DNA of 64,000 bases. Origin: Octopus vulgaris (Eukaryota). Under the pieces are notes generated by a model, which had not been told where the DNA came from, ran no database searches, and saw only the letters and a list, made by a program, of their open reading frames with translations. Shown here piece by piece: positions 48,380-62,833 of this stretch; positions within the stretch are counted from its first letter, which is position 1; each line of letters begins with the position of its first letter. The DNA lies in contig OX597834.1 in NCBI GenBank assembly GCA_951406725.2, positions 23,126,001-23,190,000 of the forward strand, given 5' to 3'. A program made the position numbers and the translations under genes.

Positions 48380-49995
48380 GAATTTAAGAAATACAACATT
48401 GCCATAGCTTCACTCAGTGAAACTTGTTTTGCAGGATCACCAGAGTTGGAAGAAAGCAAAGGTGGATACATATTTTTCTGGTGTGGAAGAAATCAAGATG
48501 AGCTGTGCCACTCTGGTGTTGGTTTTTGTCATCAAAACAGAAATAACTAGATCCTTTCTTTCTCTACTCAAAGGTATTTCTGATCACATCACGACACTAA
48601 TGTTGGAACTTAATCACAACACTCATGCTACGCTTGTCTGTTGCTATTCTCCAACCATGGCCAGCACTGAGCAAAGAAATTTTACAACCAACTCTGCGAT
48701 GTCACCTCCAGTTGTTACCATAGGGATAAACTCATCCTTATGGGTGGCTTTAACGCTTGTGTTGGTACTGACTATCAGGCATGGGAGGGTGTACTTGGTC
48801 GCTATGGTGTAGGTCGAATGAACTCCTGCAGTCTGCATGTGCTCTCCATCTGCAGAGAATTCAGTCTAAGCATCACAAATACCTTTTTCCAACAGCAAAA
48901 TTGACGACCTGGATGCATCCTAAATCTAAGGATTAGCATCTCATAGACTATGTTATCATTAAGAAATGAGATATTAGGGACTTTAACATTACGTGTTCCT
49001 TTCATAACGCCTGCTATCTCTCTGACCATTCTCTTCTTCATAGCAAGGCTACATTCCATCTGAAACACACAAGACTACAAAAGTCATCAGTGCCTAAGTG
49101 CAGTAATGCTCTGCCTTTGAAAACTGTTGAAAAGCAGGCTGAGCTCTCTATCAAGTTGGACACTGCACTCAACACTGTTGATATCAATGATAACATAGAA
49201 TCATCTTGGAAGGCTCTGTGTGATGCAATGCACACTCTGCATCTGTAGAGGTTCTTGGACTGCCTGTTCATAAAATCAAGATTGGTTCAACAATAACAAC
49301 ACAGATGTCCAACAGTTGATAGATAAAATGCACAGCTCTCACAAAACTTGGATAAATGATAAGAGCTTGTCCAGAAAAGAGATTGCCTACAAGAAATGCA
49401 GAGGCCAGGTCCAACATGCTCTGAGACAGATGAAAGAGCCTTGGTGATCTTCCAATGCTACTGAACTCCAAGGAGCTGCAGACAGAAAGGATTCTAAAGC
49501 CTTTTATGATGGCCTCAAGAAAGTGTATGGTCCTCAAGAGCATGGTGTTACTCAATAGAGAGACACTCCTAAATGACAAATCTGACATCCTGAAATGATG
49601 GAAAGATCACTTTGAAACCATTTTGAACTTCACCTCAGTCACTAATGACAACGTCGTAATGTCTGTTCCACAGCACACTGTAATACCGGAACTGTCTCTG
49701 GAGCCAACCTTCCTGGAAGTGGTAAACTCTATTAAACAGATCTCTTCTGGTAAAGTACCAAGCAGTGATGCTATCCCTCCTGAAATTTACAAACATAGTG
49801 GACAGAAGCTTTTTAAGAAACTGCATGACCTCTTCATAAACATCTGGAAAGTTGGCTGTGTACCACAGGACTTGAAGGATGCTTCAATTGAACATCTGTA
49901 TAAGAACAAAGCAACAGAAATGTCTGTGATAATCATCGTGGAATATCAGTGGTAAGATTCTTGCTCAACGCATTCTTGACAGGATCATCTAACAT
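48380..49995 (+). mobile_element. Decayed RTE (BovB-like) LINE: APE endonuclease and RT N-terminus
   Basis: GVGFVIK, CYSPT, MGGFNA.VG, ITNTFF, TWMHP, IDYVI, GKVPSSDAIPPEIYK, PQDLKDA motifs. Confidence 0.85.
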
Positions 49996-50072
49996 GTAAA
50001 TGATATCTATTTAGAATCTCAGAAAATAAGTGAATGTAGACCCTAATCTTCTTCTTTGATCTCTGTTTGTAG

Positions 50073-50231
50073 GAATTGAACAACCTGTTAAGTAACACAT
50101 GTTTACAGAACACTCTAGTGGCTTGGACTCCTGTTGGATGGCTACTGATCACTTCTTTCTTCTACATTCCATATTTAAAAAGAAACAAGACCATACGCAA
50201 ACGTTTATCCTATCTTACAATCACTAAATTG
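50073..50231 (+). CDS. ABCC1-like: ABCC exon 2 (TMD0 TM1)
   Basis: ag|ELNNLLSNTCLQNTLVAWTP..FFYIPYL..TKL|gt; resembles MRP1 CFQNTVLVWVP. Confidence 0.9.
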
Positions 50232-50290
50232 GTATGTATTATTATTATTATTATTATTATTACTATTATTATTATTATTATTATTATTAC

Positions 50291-50371
<81 letters not shown>

Positions 50372-50520
50372 CATTCACCGAGGTCAACTTTGCTTTTCAT
50401 ACTTTCAGAAGGGTCATAAAATAAGTACCAGTTGAGTACTGGGATTGATGTAATAAACTATCTTCTCCCCCAAATTTGCTGACCTTGTTCCAAAATTTGA
50501 AACCATTATCATTGTTGTTG

Positions 50521-50576
<56 letters not shown>

Positions 50577-50579
50577 GAG

Positions 50580-51052
50580 TGAGAGAGCAGTGCATGCCAT
50601 CAAAGTGACATTGGGGTAAAATATACGAAGCCCAGTATACCCATCATGACTACTTGTCTGATAAGGGTACACTAGGCTCATTTATCACAACCATATGTGC
50701 ATGACATGGTGATCTCATATCCAGATAAACAGTGCATGACCTTGCAGGTGGGGCCTGGTTAGAATTTTCTTCTGGTCAAGTAGCCCATCCCTCTCAAAAG
50801 GCCCCTGAATCAGGATTGTTTAAGGATGTTGAATGAAACACCCATGTTTCCAGAGCTGAATTATTCAAACCCCAAAGAATTCTTTTCAACACATGGCTAT
50901 GATGCTCCCCCACTACTTCTACTCATGATCAGAGATGTACATATCATCAGCCACTAAGGGACATGGTCAACTGCTTAAGGTCAAACAACTGACAAGCAAA
51001 TCTGTGGTATTGAGCAGAATATTTGTTGCAGCCCATCTTTTATACCAAGACA
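50580..51052. repeat. Unclassified about 470-bp interspersed repeat
   Basis: Second copy at about 56967-57433; both follow (ATT)n. Confidence 0.7.
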
Positions 51053-51067
51053 AAATATTATTATTAA

Positions 51068-51295
51068 AGCAGTGAGCTGGTAGAACTGTTAGCATGCTGG
51101 GCAAACTGCTTAGCAGTATTTCTTTTGTTCTTCTGTTCTGAGTTCAAATTCCACCAAGGTTGACTTTGCCTTTCATCCTTTAGGGGTTGATAAACTAAAT
51201 ACAAGTGAAGTACTCGGGTTGATGTAATCAACTATTCCCCTCCCCCAAATTTTAGGCCTTGTGCCTACAGTAGAAAGGATTATTATTATTATTAA

Positions 51296-51334
<39 letters not shown>

Positions 51335-51549
51335 GATAAAGTGGTGAGCTGGCAGAATTGTTAGCATGCAGGGCAAAATGCTTTGTGGTATTTCATGTCT
51401 TTATGTCTTGACTTCAAATTCCACTGCGGTTGACTTTGACATTCATCCTTTCAGGCTCGATAAATTAAGTACCAGTAAAACATTGGGGTCAATGTAATCA
51501 ACTAGTCTTCTCCCCACAAATTTCAGGCCTTGTGCCATTACTAGAAACA

Positions 51550-51590
<41 letters not shown>

Positions 51591-51780
51591 GGCAGTGAGC
51601 TGGCAGAACTTTTAGCATTCTGGGGAAAAAGCTTGGTGGCATTTTGTCTGTCCTTATGCTCTGAGTTCAAATTCCACTGAAGTCAATAAAATAAGTACCA
51701 GTTGAATACTGGGGTCAATATAATTGACTATCCCCTTCCCCTAAATTTCAGGCCTTGTGCCTATTGTAGAAAGGATTATC
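51068..51780 (+). mobile_element. Three tandem MESC/Meta-like SINEs separated by (ATT)n
   Basis: Three GAGCTGG(C/T)AGAA heads; similar cluster at 60473-60920. Confidence 0.75.
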
Positions 51781-52609
51781 GTTATTGTTGTTGTTGCTGT
51801 ATTTCATACAAGTTATTCTATTCTCACTCAGGGCCCTCAAATAACTGCTTGTCTTCACTTTGAAAACATAAGGACATAGGAAATGTGTCAAGTCCAACAG
51901 GAAACTGTGTTTCCTAGGGCTAAATAACAGTAGCATTCTTCCCTTTCATGGGACTGTCACATTAAGTTGACGACATACTATCAGCATGTCAGATGTTTTA
52001 TTGTGAGCAGCTTAGAAGTGCAGCCAGTTTTCCTCTGACCGGTAGGAATGGCAAAAGGGTTTGTAAGGCAGACAAGATTGAAATGACTGAAGATTAAGCA
52101 GAATCCTTTTGATCAAGCTTATGTCTTCTTCACCAACATCCACTTGGAGTGAAAGGTGCTGCCCTCTGCAGTGAATTTGATAAAACGGATTTGGGTGGTG
52201 GGGTGAGGCTGGCTTTTCTGAATGGGTCAGCTCTCAGTATGGAATAGGTCTTTCTGTCTTTATCTCTCTCACATTCTCTCTTCCATCTTCCTGCCCCGTT
52301 CCCCTCTCTCTTCTATTGCTCTCTCCTTCACCACCTTTCTATTTCTTACTCTTCCTACTTCTCTTTTGTATGCTCTTACACATACACACTTTTTATCTCT
52401 CTCTCTCCTCTTCACCTCCCCCTTCATTCTGCTATTTCCCTCTCTTGCCTCAGTCTTCATATCTCACCCTCTCTTTCTCACTCTCCCATCTTCAACCTCA
52501 TCTTCTCTCTTCCAATTTTCCTCTATGTTTCTCCCCTGACTGGCTGACCATCAGTTCATTCACCAATGACCACAATTACCTTACCTTTCACTCTCTCTCT
52601 CATTTACAG

Positions 52610-52726
52610 ACAGCCACCAGTTTATTAATCTCAGCCACCATTACTTTCCTCTTACACATCAACATGATAAAACACAAGGATAGAACTGTCATCAATTTTG
52701 GCAAAGGTCTTACTCTATTTTCACAG
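52610..52726 (+). CDS. ABCC1-like: ABCC exon 3
   Basis: ag|TATSLLISATITFLLH..LTLFSQ|gtgagt; phase 0-0. Confidence 0.7.
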
Positions 52727-53777
52727 GTGAGTGCTTAAATCTTCTGGTTCCCTTTTCACAGATGAGTCTATGCAGACCCCATTTACTTCTCATCTATAAC
52801 AGCACTTAAGCTCTTCACTCCCTGTGGAGCATAAACCATCAATGACTTATCTCCACTTGGAGGCTGGTGCGACCTCCTGGCTTGCCAGTCTCCAGTCAAA
52901 CTGTCCAACCCATGTCAGCATAGAAAACGGACGTTAAACGACGACGACGATATCGTCGACTGTGAGCTGGCATTCTACCTTCCTTATGAATCTATGTGTT
53001 TCCCTGAAGAAAGGTGTTCCTCTCCCAAGGCTTATTGGATTTCAATTCTCATCAATGCTCATGTAACTTTGACTTTTCATCTGTAGGGTATGTTGGCCCA
53101 ATGCAAATTCATTTTTATCTCTGTGAAGAGATGATCTTGCCCTTATTTTTTCACCTGTCTAGCACGAAAGGCCCTACTCAGAACCCTGTGTTCTGCTGAC
53201 ATATAATTCAGTGAAGGTCCTTAAGGCACATAAGGACGAGGTCTAGGCCTCGTGGTGGTTCTGTAACAGCCAGCAATCATTATCACCATCAACAGTTCGC
53301 AAATAGTAATTTTCACTTCACCATTAACTGTTTGGTGCTGTGGTTCTCAACCAGGCTTCACATAGTCCTTAGGGTTCCATATAAGATTTTGTTCTTAAAA
53401 TTTATCTCCAATAAATTGCTTACACCCCCACAATACACAAAATGCTTTAAGTTTTGAGATTTCAAAGATGTGATTGTTTATTTTTAGAATGACATTGTAG
53501 TGTAAGTGTGAGAGGCCTGATCTGGCCTGTTTGAAGGTAAAACAGGTACAATGATATTTTGGTCAGATATGGCCAGTTAAAATGATAAAAGGTTAGACAT
53601 CAAATAGTTATGGGCATTCATCTAAGTAAAACAGAAATCAAAAGGATCCATAGGTAAGAAATGGCTGAGAACCACTCACCTGGTGCAATGGAACGATTAA
53701 TCCATTGAACTGATAAACCATTAAACTGTTATTCTTGCAAATCCTCTTAACACTTAATATTTGTGCTTTGTGTGTAG

Positions 53778-53909
53778 GTTTTATCATTGGTCCTGCAGTA
53801 TGCGGAATTTAAGAAGAGAATCTTTACATCTGCTGTGAACTTCATCTATTGGCTGCTGGCCATTTTTGAAAATATTGTTTGGTTGATTGCTGTGGAGGAG
53901 CAGGCTGAG
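53778..53909 (+). CDS. ABCC1-like: ABCC exon 4
   Basis: ag|VLSLVLQYAEFKKRIFTSAVNFIYWLL..|gtaagt. Confidence 0.9.
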
Positions 53910-54366
53910 GTAAGTCTTGATAGTGGTGGTGGTGGTGTGTGTGTGTATGTGTGTGTAGGGATTGATGCTAGATGTGTTGAAACAATTGTGATTAATAATA
54001 AATTCTCATATATTCCATCTTCTGTCTTTCATTTGCCATATACATAATGATCACTGTAAAAGTGACCGTGCTTTACCAATAAGCTACCAGGTGTAAACCA
54101 TTTGTTTTATCATCCAATATATATATATGTAGAATGGTTGTATACTGTCAATCTAACGTGAATGTGACAGTAGGGGGTTACACCACCGCTATTTAGCCCT
54201 AGGAAGCATCGACGCCTCCTGATGGCTTTGACACATTTTTCCTGTGTCCTTATATACATTTACGTAACCCCCTACTGTCACGTTCACGTTAGATTGACAG
54301 TATACAACCATTCTATCGCCCCCACCACCGTACATATCTCTATGAGAGATTTAGAAATTTAATATT

Positions 54367-54412
<46 letters not shown>

Positions 54413-54733
54413 TTCTGTATTTTCTTTTATCCAAACCTAGGAACTTTTCAGCATCCCCTCGTATGTGTGTGTGTCTTTGTGCCTGTGTTTGGCACACTTC
54501 ACCTCCTGACAACCAGTATTGGTTTGTTTATATCCCCATAACTTAATATTTTGACAAAAGAGATGGAAAGAATAAATATCAGACTTCAAAAAAGAATAGT
54601 GAGGTCCATTTGTTTGACTAAACCCAGCATGGCCACAGTCCAACGACTGAAACACGGAAAGGATAAAAGATAAAATACAATTAATTGTTTCAGCTAACAG
54701 TTGAAATAAAAGTTTTCCATTTTCTGTTTTCAG

Positions 54734-54832
54734 CCAGACAAACTAGAATCGATCCTGGTGAAAATCAGCCTCTCCTTCAAGTGTGCCCTTTTCCTTTTAT
54801 TCTGTTTTTCAGAAAAAAGGAGTAAAAAACTT
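54734..54832 (+). CDS. ABCC1-like: ABCC exon 5
   Basis: ag|PDKLES..FLLFCFSEK..|gtaagt; matches MRP1 LSCFSD. Confidence 0.85.
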
Positions 54833-55878
54833 GTAAGTAAAGCATTATTTTACAAATCTTGTCTGTAAAATTACAAAAATGTTGTCAATAATAATAATAA
54901 TCCTTTCTACTGAAGGCACAAGGTCTGAAATAATTGGGGGAGGGATCTAATCAATTACGTCAACCCCAGTGTTTCACTGGTACTTAATTTATCAACCCCA
55001 ATAGTATGAATGGCAAAGTCAGCCTTGGTGGAATTTGAACTTGGAACATAGTGACAGGGGAAATACATTTCATCCAGTATGCTAACGATTTTGCCAGCTA
55101 GCCACCTTATATAATAGTAATGATAATGATGATGATGACGACGACGATGACGACGACACGGGTGTGTGTGTGTGGGTGTATGTATATGGTGTGTGTGTAT
55201 GTATATGGTGTGTGGGTGTATGTGTATACTTATATGTAATAGATGTATGTATGTGTGTGTGGGTAGGTGTATGAATATATATAATTATATGCACATTGTG
55301 GTGCACTTGAACTTGTGGTGCACCTGAGCACTGTATACAATAATTTCATTATTATTATTATTTTAGATCAACATACAGACGGATAGTTATATAGGTTATA
55401 TGAACAAACAAGCACACATACACAAATGAAGACCGAAACACATGACCATATATACACACACACACTTTACTTCACACAAGGACACATATGGAGACACACG
55501 TCCACACATATGGAAATGCACATCTATACATACAAACATGGTACATAGCTGCAAAACACACACACACTCAGACATGCACACACAAGGAGACAGAGGTACA
55601 CACACACACATATACAAACACACACACGCACATACATAAAAACACACAAACACCACAGACATGCAAACACATGAATATGCAGAATACATACATACAAATG
55701 TACACACATAGATAGATACATATGCACAGACATGCATACACACACATGCTTACATACATACATACATACATACATGCATGTATAGACACACACATACACA
55801 TACACACATGCTGATCCACACACATGAGAACAAACGAACAAACAAAAAGGAACACAGTGTGAGTAATGGACAGTCAAT

Positions 55879-56420
55879 GACTATTGAAAAGGTTGCAAGA
55901 CGCAACAAAACTTTTAGAAAAATAAAAAAGAAATAAGTGTAAATTTTACTGGTGAGTGTGTTAAATTATAAGGCATAAAAGAGAATGACCCTACCCAGAC
56001 ACAACAGAATATGCTTCAACACACGAACTCATATAAAGTATCTTGTAAATCAGGCTCTGTAGTGACGACCATGACTTTGAGACTAAGTCTCAACTCATGG
56101 CTTGCCACTTCATCCTACGTGGATATCCCCTCTCCACTATCCACACTGCCCTTGCCAGAGCATGTTCCATGGACCGTGCATCTGCTCTCTCCCCCCACAC
56201 CAACCCTGTCGTCTCCTGTTTCCCCTCACCTACCACTCCACCTTCCTATCTCTCCAATGCACCATTCTCCGAGCCTTCCGGCGACTCCAGTCCAACCCCT
56301 CCACTTGGCGCATCTTCCCTAACAGACCCCTCCCCTCCTTCAAATGAGCTCACAACCTATGAGACCTCTTGGTCCACAGCTTCTTCCCTAACCCAAGCTC
56401 CCAACCCGGCTTGTTACCCT
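55879..56420 (+). mobile_element. Penelope-like remnant (terminal segment plus RT-thumb/linker)
   Basis: F..RGYP..I..AL; PLTYH; F..RPLPSFK..NL.DLLV motifs. Confidence 0.65.
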
Positions 56421-56578
56421 GCTTTTGGGGTTGATAAATTAAGAACCAATAGAGGACGGGAGAAGGGATCGATGTAATTGACTTATTTCCTCCTCCTCCC
56501 AAATTACTGGCCTTGTGCTAAAATTTGAAACCTGTACTCTAACAGTCATGTGACTGTCTACCAATTTTTCTTTTCCAG

Positions 56579-56634
56579 AATCCTTATGAAACTGCTTCCT
56601 TCTTGTCGCGTTTAACATTTTTCTGGATGACAAG
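56579..56634 (+). CDS. ABCC1-like: ABCC exon 6 (L0/lasso)
   Basis: NPYETASFLSRLTFFWMT, the canonical ABCC lasso motif; AG/GT sites. Confidence 0.92.
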
Positions 56635-57560
56635 GTCAGCACAAACCCCTTCTGTTTTCTTTTCCTTTTCACTTCTAAATTGTCTTTCAAAGGGCAGGGG
56701 AAGCTTCAGTGGCTTGCTCCACATAAAATAATGATGAAATGCCTGGCAAGGATGAGGTTTGAAATTGCAAGCCATGAGCTAATTAACTAAATGATTTCTG
56801 GGGTTTTCTTTTTTTGGTGCAAAGGTAGTTGTTTATGATGATGATGATGATGTGGTGGTGACAGTCATAACAATAATGATGAAGTTGGTAATGTGTTCAT
56901 TATGCCAGACTGCTTTATCAATACCAGTGCTGTGTTCTTTATTTGTTGTTGTTGTTATTATTATTGGCAGTGCATGCCATCAAAGTGACACTGGTGTACA
57001 CATATACAAAGCCAAATATACCCATCATTACTACCCATCTGATAAGGGTACACCAGGCACATACATCACAACCATATGCGTGCAACATGGTGATCTCATA
57101 TCAAGATAAACTGCGTGTCACCTTGCAGGTGGGGCCCAGTTAGAATTTTCTTCAGGTCGAGTAGTCCATCCCACTCAAAAGGTCCCTGGAATATGGGATT
57201 CTTTAAGGATGATGAACAAAACACCTATCCTTCCATAGGTGAATTATTCAAACCTCAAAGAGTCCCTCTTGACACATGGCTATGATGCTCCCCCACTATT
57301 TTTGCTTGTGATCAGAGATGCACATATCGTCAGCCATTAAGGGACATGCTCAACTTGTTAAGGTCAAACAACTGACAAGCAAATCTGTGGTATGGAGTAG
57401 ATTATTTGGTGTTGGCCATCTTTTATACAAAGATTAAACATGTACTTGATAAAAGTTCCAGTCAGTTGAGATCGGAAGCCATGAGAGCCTGAGCCTGGCA
57501 TTTATTATTATTATTATTATTGTTGTTGTTATTGTTGTTGTTGTTGTTATTATTATTATT

Positions 57561-57594
<34 letters not shown>

Positions 57595-57621
57595 TTGTTA
57601 TCGTTGTTTTTATTTTTTCAG

Positions 57622-57735
57622 TGTGATGATTCGTGGCTACAGACAGAGGAACCGAGACAATTTCGTCCCCAGCCTGATGGAAAACGACACAACATCCTAC
57701 ATTCACTTGAAATGCAAAGCCTCGGAGAAGACGAT
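57622..57735 (+). CDS. ABCC1-like: ABCC exon 7
   Basis: VMIRGYRQ..SLMEND; phase 2-2. Confidence 0.85.
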
Positions 57736-58449
57736 GTACGTTATTGGAGTCACACCCCTCTCCCCAACCACTACTGTCACTTTTAGTACTGCTGCTGTTG
57801 CTGTGATCATGTGATGTAATGAGTTAAGACACATGTGGCTGGTCATGTGATAAGTCACATTTAATTGGTCTTATGACATCATGTGCTTGGTTATATGGCT
57901 TTGCTCTTGAGGTATAATATGATTGGCCACATCTATTCAGTCATGTGACATGCGATTGTTAGTGAAGGTGCATGGCTTAGTGGCTAGGATATTTAGCTCA
58001 TGATTGTAAGGTCTTCAGTTCAATTCCTGGCAGCAAGACATTTTATTTTATGTTGGCCCAGTTCACTCAGCTGGCAAAAATGAGTGGTACCAGTAATTAT
58101 GTTAAGGTTACTCTTACCTGTGGAGTACTCAGCCACTTGCATGTTAATTTCATGAGCAGGCTGTTCCATTGATCGGGTCAACTGGAACAATTGTCATCAT
58201 AACCAATGGAATCTCAGTTATTGATGTGATTGGTCCCATGTATTTAATTATTTGACATTAGGTGATGTCACATGTATCTGGTGATGTGGCATTTCAGTTT
58301 CAGTTGGCCATGACAACCAATGCCATGTGGTAACAAGCAACAAGCCACCCACACATCTTACTATACAATGCCACCTGTATCTTACTGTTTGCTAAACTTG
58401 TCGCCTCTTTGGACAGGAAACATTTCAACATATTTTCATTTAATTTCAG

Positions 58450-58572
58450 GAAGAGCAAAAACCATCATTGGTTTTCAGTTCTTGTGAGGATGTTCTGGAA
58501 AGAATTAATTTTCATCTTTTTAATACGAGCAATGTACGACATTTTGGTGTTTGTAAACCCTATCCTTCTCTT
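58450..58572 (+). CDS. ABCC1-like: ABCC exon 8
   Basis: FSVLVRMFW..RAMYDILVFVNPILL; AG/GTGAGT. Confidence 0.9.
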
Positions 58573-59257
58573 GTGAGTATCTGTCAAAGAGGTTTCTTTT
58601 GAATTTTGTTTGATGTAACACTTGTCTTGTGTGTTTAAGTTTAAGGTTAAGGGCTGTGTACATGGGCCAATGAAGGCCCTCCAAGGGCAGTGAGATTAAT
58701 ACAATTAATGTGTCATTCATTTCCAGTCTTTTGTTAAAACTTGTCTGGCTAAGAAGAAATATAAAATTACTTGGAAATGGGTGAGAGTTGGTGACGTGAC
58801 AAAAATCCACCTCAATGAACTTTGTGTAATCTATGAAGACATGGAAAAGTGGATGTTAAGATGATGATATTTCTTCCCACGATACCAAGAGATAGTAGCA
58901 GTAAGCTTCAGCTGTGAAGGGCACAACTCATTATACAATAATTAAAGGTTGATTGCCCAGTGTTTACACTAATGTTTAAAGTGGTGACCTGGCAGAATCA
59001 TTAGCATTCCTGGCAAAAGGCTCAGCAGCACTTTGCCTGTCCTTCTGTTCTGAGTTCAAATTCTGCTGAGGTTGACTTTGCCTTTCATCCTTTCAGCCTC
59101 GAGAAAATAAGCACCAGTTGAGTAATGGGGTCGATGTATTTGGCTTACCCTCGCCCCCAAAATTGCTAACCTTGTGCCTAATTTGAAACTAATATTTACT
59201 CCAATGTTAATGCATTCTACTGAACCTAACTCAATCTAAATCTTTCTAATATTTCAG

Positions 59258-59438
59258 TTATTTCCTCCCATTTCTTGAAAGTAAAACACCAGGTCCCAAA
59301 TGGATAGGTTATGTCTTCGCATTCACATTCTTCATTGTCAATATAGCAATGTCCATGGCAGACCAAGCGGTTTACTGGAGAAGTAACAGGTTGGGACTGA
59401 ATGTAAAGACAGCAATCAGTGATGCCATCTACAGGAAG
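59258..59438 (+). CDS. ABCC1-like: ABCC exon 9 (TMD1)
   Basis: PKWIGYVFA..GLNVKTAISDAIYRK; AG/GT. Confidence 0.92.
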
Positions 59439-59960
59439 GTACTTGATTGTATTTTAACATTTTATACATAGATCCATCATCCTTGGCCTCCTTCACTCCT
59501 TATTTCTCCTTTGTCCTCATCTTTTAGACTCTTGTAACACTGGTTACTGCAAGAGACTCCTTAGTTTCTCCATCTACCCTTAGCACTAAAATAACTTCTG
59601 CTTCAACCCCTATAGGTACAATAATTCTCTGACATCTGACATATCTACAATACCCCAAAACACTGCTATGCCAGAACACTTATATGGCACTATTATAACA
59701 CTGTTCTCCTAACTTTATCTCTACCACTCAGTATACAACACCCCAAAACACTGTTACAACATCACCCTAACAGCCCCATTTATTCCACAATGTGTGTTGC
59801 TTATGTGTCGATCTGACAAGGACCATCATGTGCATAAATGGCTGGTCAGTATAATCTGTGTGTAGAAATGTATTTGGGACTGCGAACAGAGAATGCAAAT
59901 GGCATTATGTGAGATCTCATGACATCTTCCTTTCTGACCTGCCTGCATTACCTAGCTACA

Positions 59961-60352
59961 TCATCATCATCATTGTTCGACCGTGGTCGAGACAATGGAA
60001 TTTACCATGCTACGCCAGACTTCACGGTCCATCATGGCATTACGGAGGTCCTGTTGCTGGATGCCTGTATCCCTGGAGATTACATCAGGGTAGGAGAGTG
60101 TGCGCCCTCTGGTATTGCGAGTAGATGGCTTCCAGAGGAGAAGAGTAGAAATTACTTCTTTTTCAGCTCTACAACAATGTCCAGCAAACTGGACTCTCCT
60201 ACCTTTCACAAGAGATGACACAGGTGGTAGTTTTCCATATATTTGCATTTTGGTTGGATGGCGCTTCCATGAGAGATTTTGAGCTCTCATAAGGAGGCGA
60301 GTGTAGGTTCCATCCAACCGCCTCTCAAGCTTCTTTGATAACGTCCAGGTTT
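59961..60352 (-). mobile_element. Young RTE-clade LINE 3' fragment with TSD
   Basis: Open C-terminal frame; TSD CTAGCTACA at 59952-59960 and 60353-60361. Confidence 0.88.
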
Positions 60353-61379
60353 CTAGCTACAGTCACTTTGTTAGCCTCACAGGTCATGGAGCTATTGGCG
60401 GTAGCTGTATACCATTCTCCTCTGTCCAATACTCTTGGTTGCCACTCTTTGTTGGTAATATTTTTCTTCACTAAGGCAGCGAGCTGGCAGAACTATTAGC
60501 ATACCAGGCAAAATGCTTAGCAGCATTTCATCCAGCTTTATGCTCTGAGTTCAAATTCCACCAAGGTCAACTTTGCCTTTCATTCTTTTGGGGTCAATAA
60601 GTACCAGTTGTTCAATAAGTACAAGGCTGCGAGCTGGCAGAAATGTTAGCATGCCGGACAAAATGCTTAGCGGTATTTCGTCTGTCTTTACGTTCTGAGT
60701 TCAAATTCTGCCGAGGTCAACTTTGCCTTTCATCCTTTCAGGGGTCGATAAATTAAGTACCAGTTGCATACTGAGGTCAATCTAATCGACTGGCCCCCTC
60801 CCCTAAAATTTTGGGCCTTTTGCCTAGAGTAGAAAAGAATAGATACCAGTTGAGCTCTGAGGTTGATATAATCGACCTGCTCCTCCCCCGAAATTGCTGG
60901 CCTTGTGTCAAAGTTTGAGACAAATATTTGTCTTCAGTCAGGATTTCAAAGTATCTCTGCAGCACTTTTTTTGATTTTTTTGTGAAAATGTTTACCATTT
61001 TGAAGTTCAATTTAAAACAGCTTCTCTGAGAGCTAGCAGCCTGGCATGTAAACTCCATGACCTGCTCAGCACTACAGTGACCGGATCAGGATTGTGAAGA
61101 CAAGGAATACTTTGGCAAGAGAGGATTTCTCTGATAGGAATCCTGTCCTGATAGGGAAATACTTCCCTTTGGCCTAGGGGTTAGAGTATTGCACTCACAA
61201 ATGCAAGATTATGGTTTCAGTTCCCAGACTGGTTGGTGCATTGTGTTCTTGAGCAAAACACTTCATTTCACATTACTCCTGTCCACTCAGGTGTAAATGT
61301 GTATTCCAGCCATGTACTGGCATCCTGTTCAATAGCAATCTTATCATTTATACACCATAGAAACTGAGTAACCAACTAT

Positions 61380-61652
61380 ATGAGTTGGAGTCAAAACAGT
61401 AAGGTCCAACTGTGAGTCATAGGGGCCAAAATAGTAATGTGCAGCCATGAGTCATAGAAGTCAAAACAGTAATCTCTAGATGTGAGTCATCGGAGTCAAG
61501 ATAGTAACGTCAAACTATGCATCATAGAAGTCAGAACAGTAATGTCAAACTACGAATTGTAGGAGTCAAGACAGTAACGTCCAGCCATGACTTGTAGGAG
61601 TCAAGACAGTAATGTTCAGCTGTGAGTTGTCGGAGTCAATACAGTTATGTCA
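61380..61652. repeat. About 30-bp minisatellite, about 9 diverged copies
   Basis: Recurring GAGTCATAGGAGTCAAGACAGTAA. Confidence 0.8.
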
Positions 61653-61789
61653 AGGGGTTGATGATGGTGATGAATCCTGTTTTGCCATTTTATGCTAAGC
61701 ATCTTTCAGGGGCAGATAGTATGGAATTGGCTCAAATTCCTTGCATGCCCTTGGTAGGCAGTCTGTGCTTCACAGCTATAGAATCACAC

Positions 61790-62055
61790 TCTGGTACACC
61801 TTGAGCTTCATCTTTAAAATGATATCTTTCTCATTCTACACATCCGCATGGAGTTTGTTGAATGTTGCGGTGTCTTTGGCAAGTCTGGCGTTCACATTAT
61901 CTTCAACAATAATGGCTCAAAAGAGTCTGTTTCCCAGCCAGGTGAACTTGTCCACTATGTTCAGTCGTTGCCCATTTACAAAGCCATTCGGTTCAACATA
62001 GGTCTTTTCTAGAGCTGGTTGATACATCACTTTGGTCCTCTTTCTACTGATTGGA
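61790..62055 (-). mobile_element. RTE (BovB-like) RT fragment
   Basis: TKVMYQP..VDKFTWLG..VNARLAK motif. Confidence 0.7.
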
Positions 62056-62299
62056 ATTGTTCAAAGCATCAGAGATATTGTCAACATTATTATTATTATT
62101 ATTATTATTGCATGTCAGCCTCTGAGACAATGTTGAGAGAGGGAGAGCTCAGTCAGACATTGGTGAACAGAAAGTCACTCATGTTGCATGTCGATAATTT
62201 CTGGCTTTGTTTTATTTTTATTGAAGTCTTCTGAGATTGAAGATGGAACAATCAGTAGGGTGACTGGTACCACTATCAAACCTGCCACATCCCTTATCA

Positions 62300-62358
62300 A
62301 CCCACCCACCCACCACCACCACCATCACCACAATGACTACCACCACTACTTCCACCAT

Positions 62359-62403
<45 letters not shown>

Positions 62404-62810
62404 TACCACTGTCACTGTCACCCCTGCCACCACTTTCACCATTACTACTATCATCACCACCACCATCATCACCATCACCACCAGCACCACCACTTTCACC
62501 ACTACTACTATCATCACCACCACCTCCATCACCACCACCACCATCATCACCACCACCATCATCACCATCACCACCAGCACCACCACTTTCACCACTACTA
62601 CTATCATCACCACCACCTCCATCACCACCACCATCATCACCACCACCATCATCACCACCATCACCACCACCACCACCATCATCACTCTACAACCACCACT
62701 ACCACTTTCACCACTACTACTATCATCACCACCTCACCTCCACGACCATCACCTTCACCACTATCACCTCCACCACCACCACCACCACCACCACCACCAT
62801 TATTACTACC
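62300..62810. repeat. Compound (CAC/CAT/TAC)n intronic microsatellite
   Basis: Direct observation; ends just before the polypyrimidine tract of exon 10. Confidence 0.9.
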
Positions 62811-62833
62811 AATTTTTATTCTCTATTTTCCAG

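Noticed and set aside
61380-61652. CRISPR-like 30-bp periodicity
   Set aside because: Contiguous diverged minisatellite with no unique spacers
62188-62833. Poly-His / poly-Thr ORFs, one in frame with an ABCC exon
   Set aside because: Trinucleotide microsatellite upstream of a good acceptor at 62833; no ABCC homology
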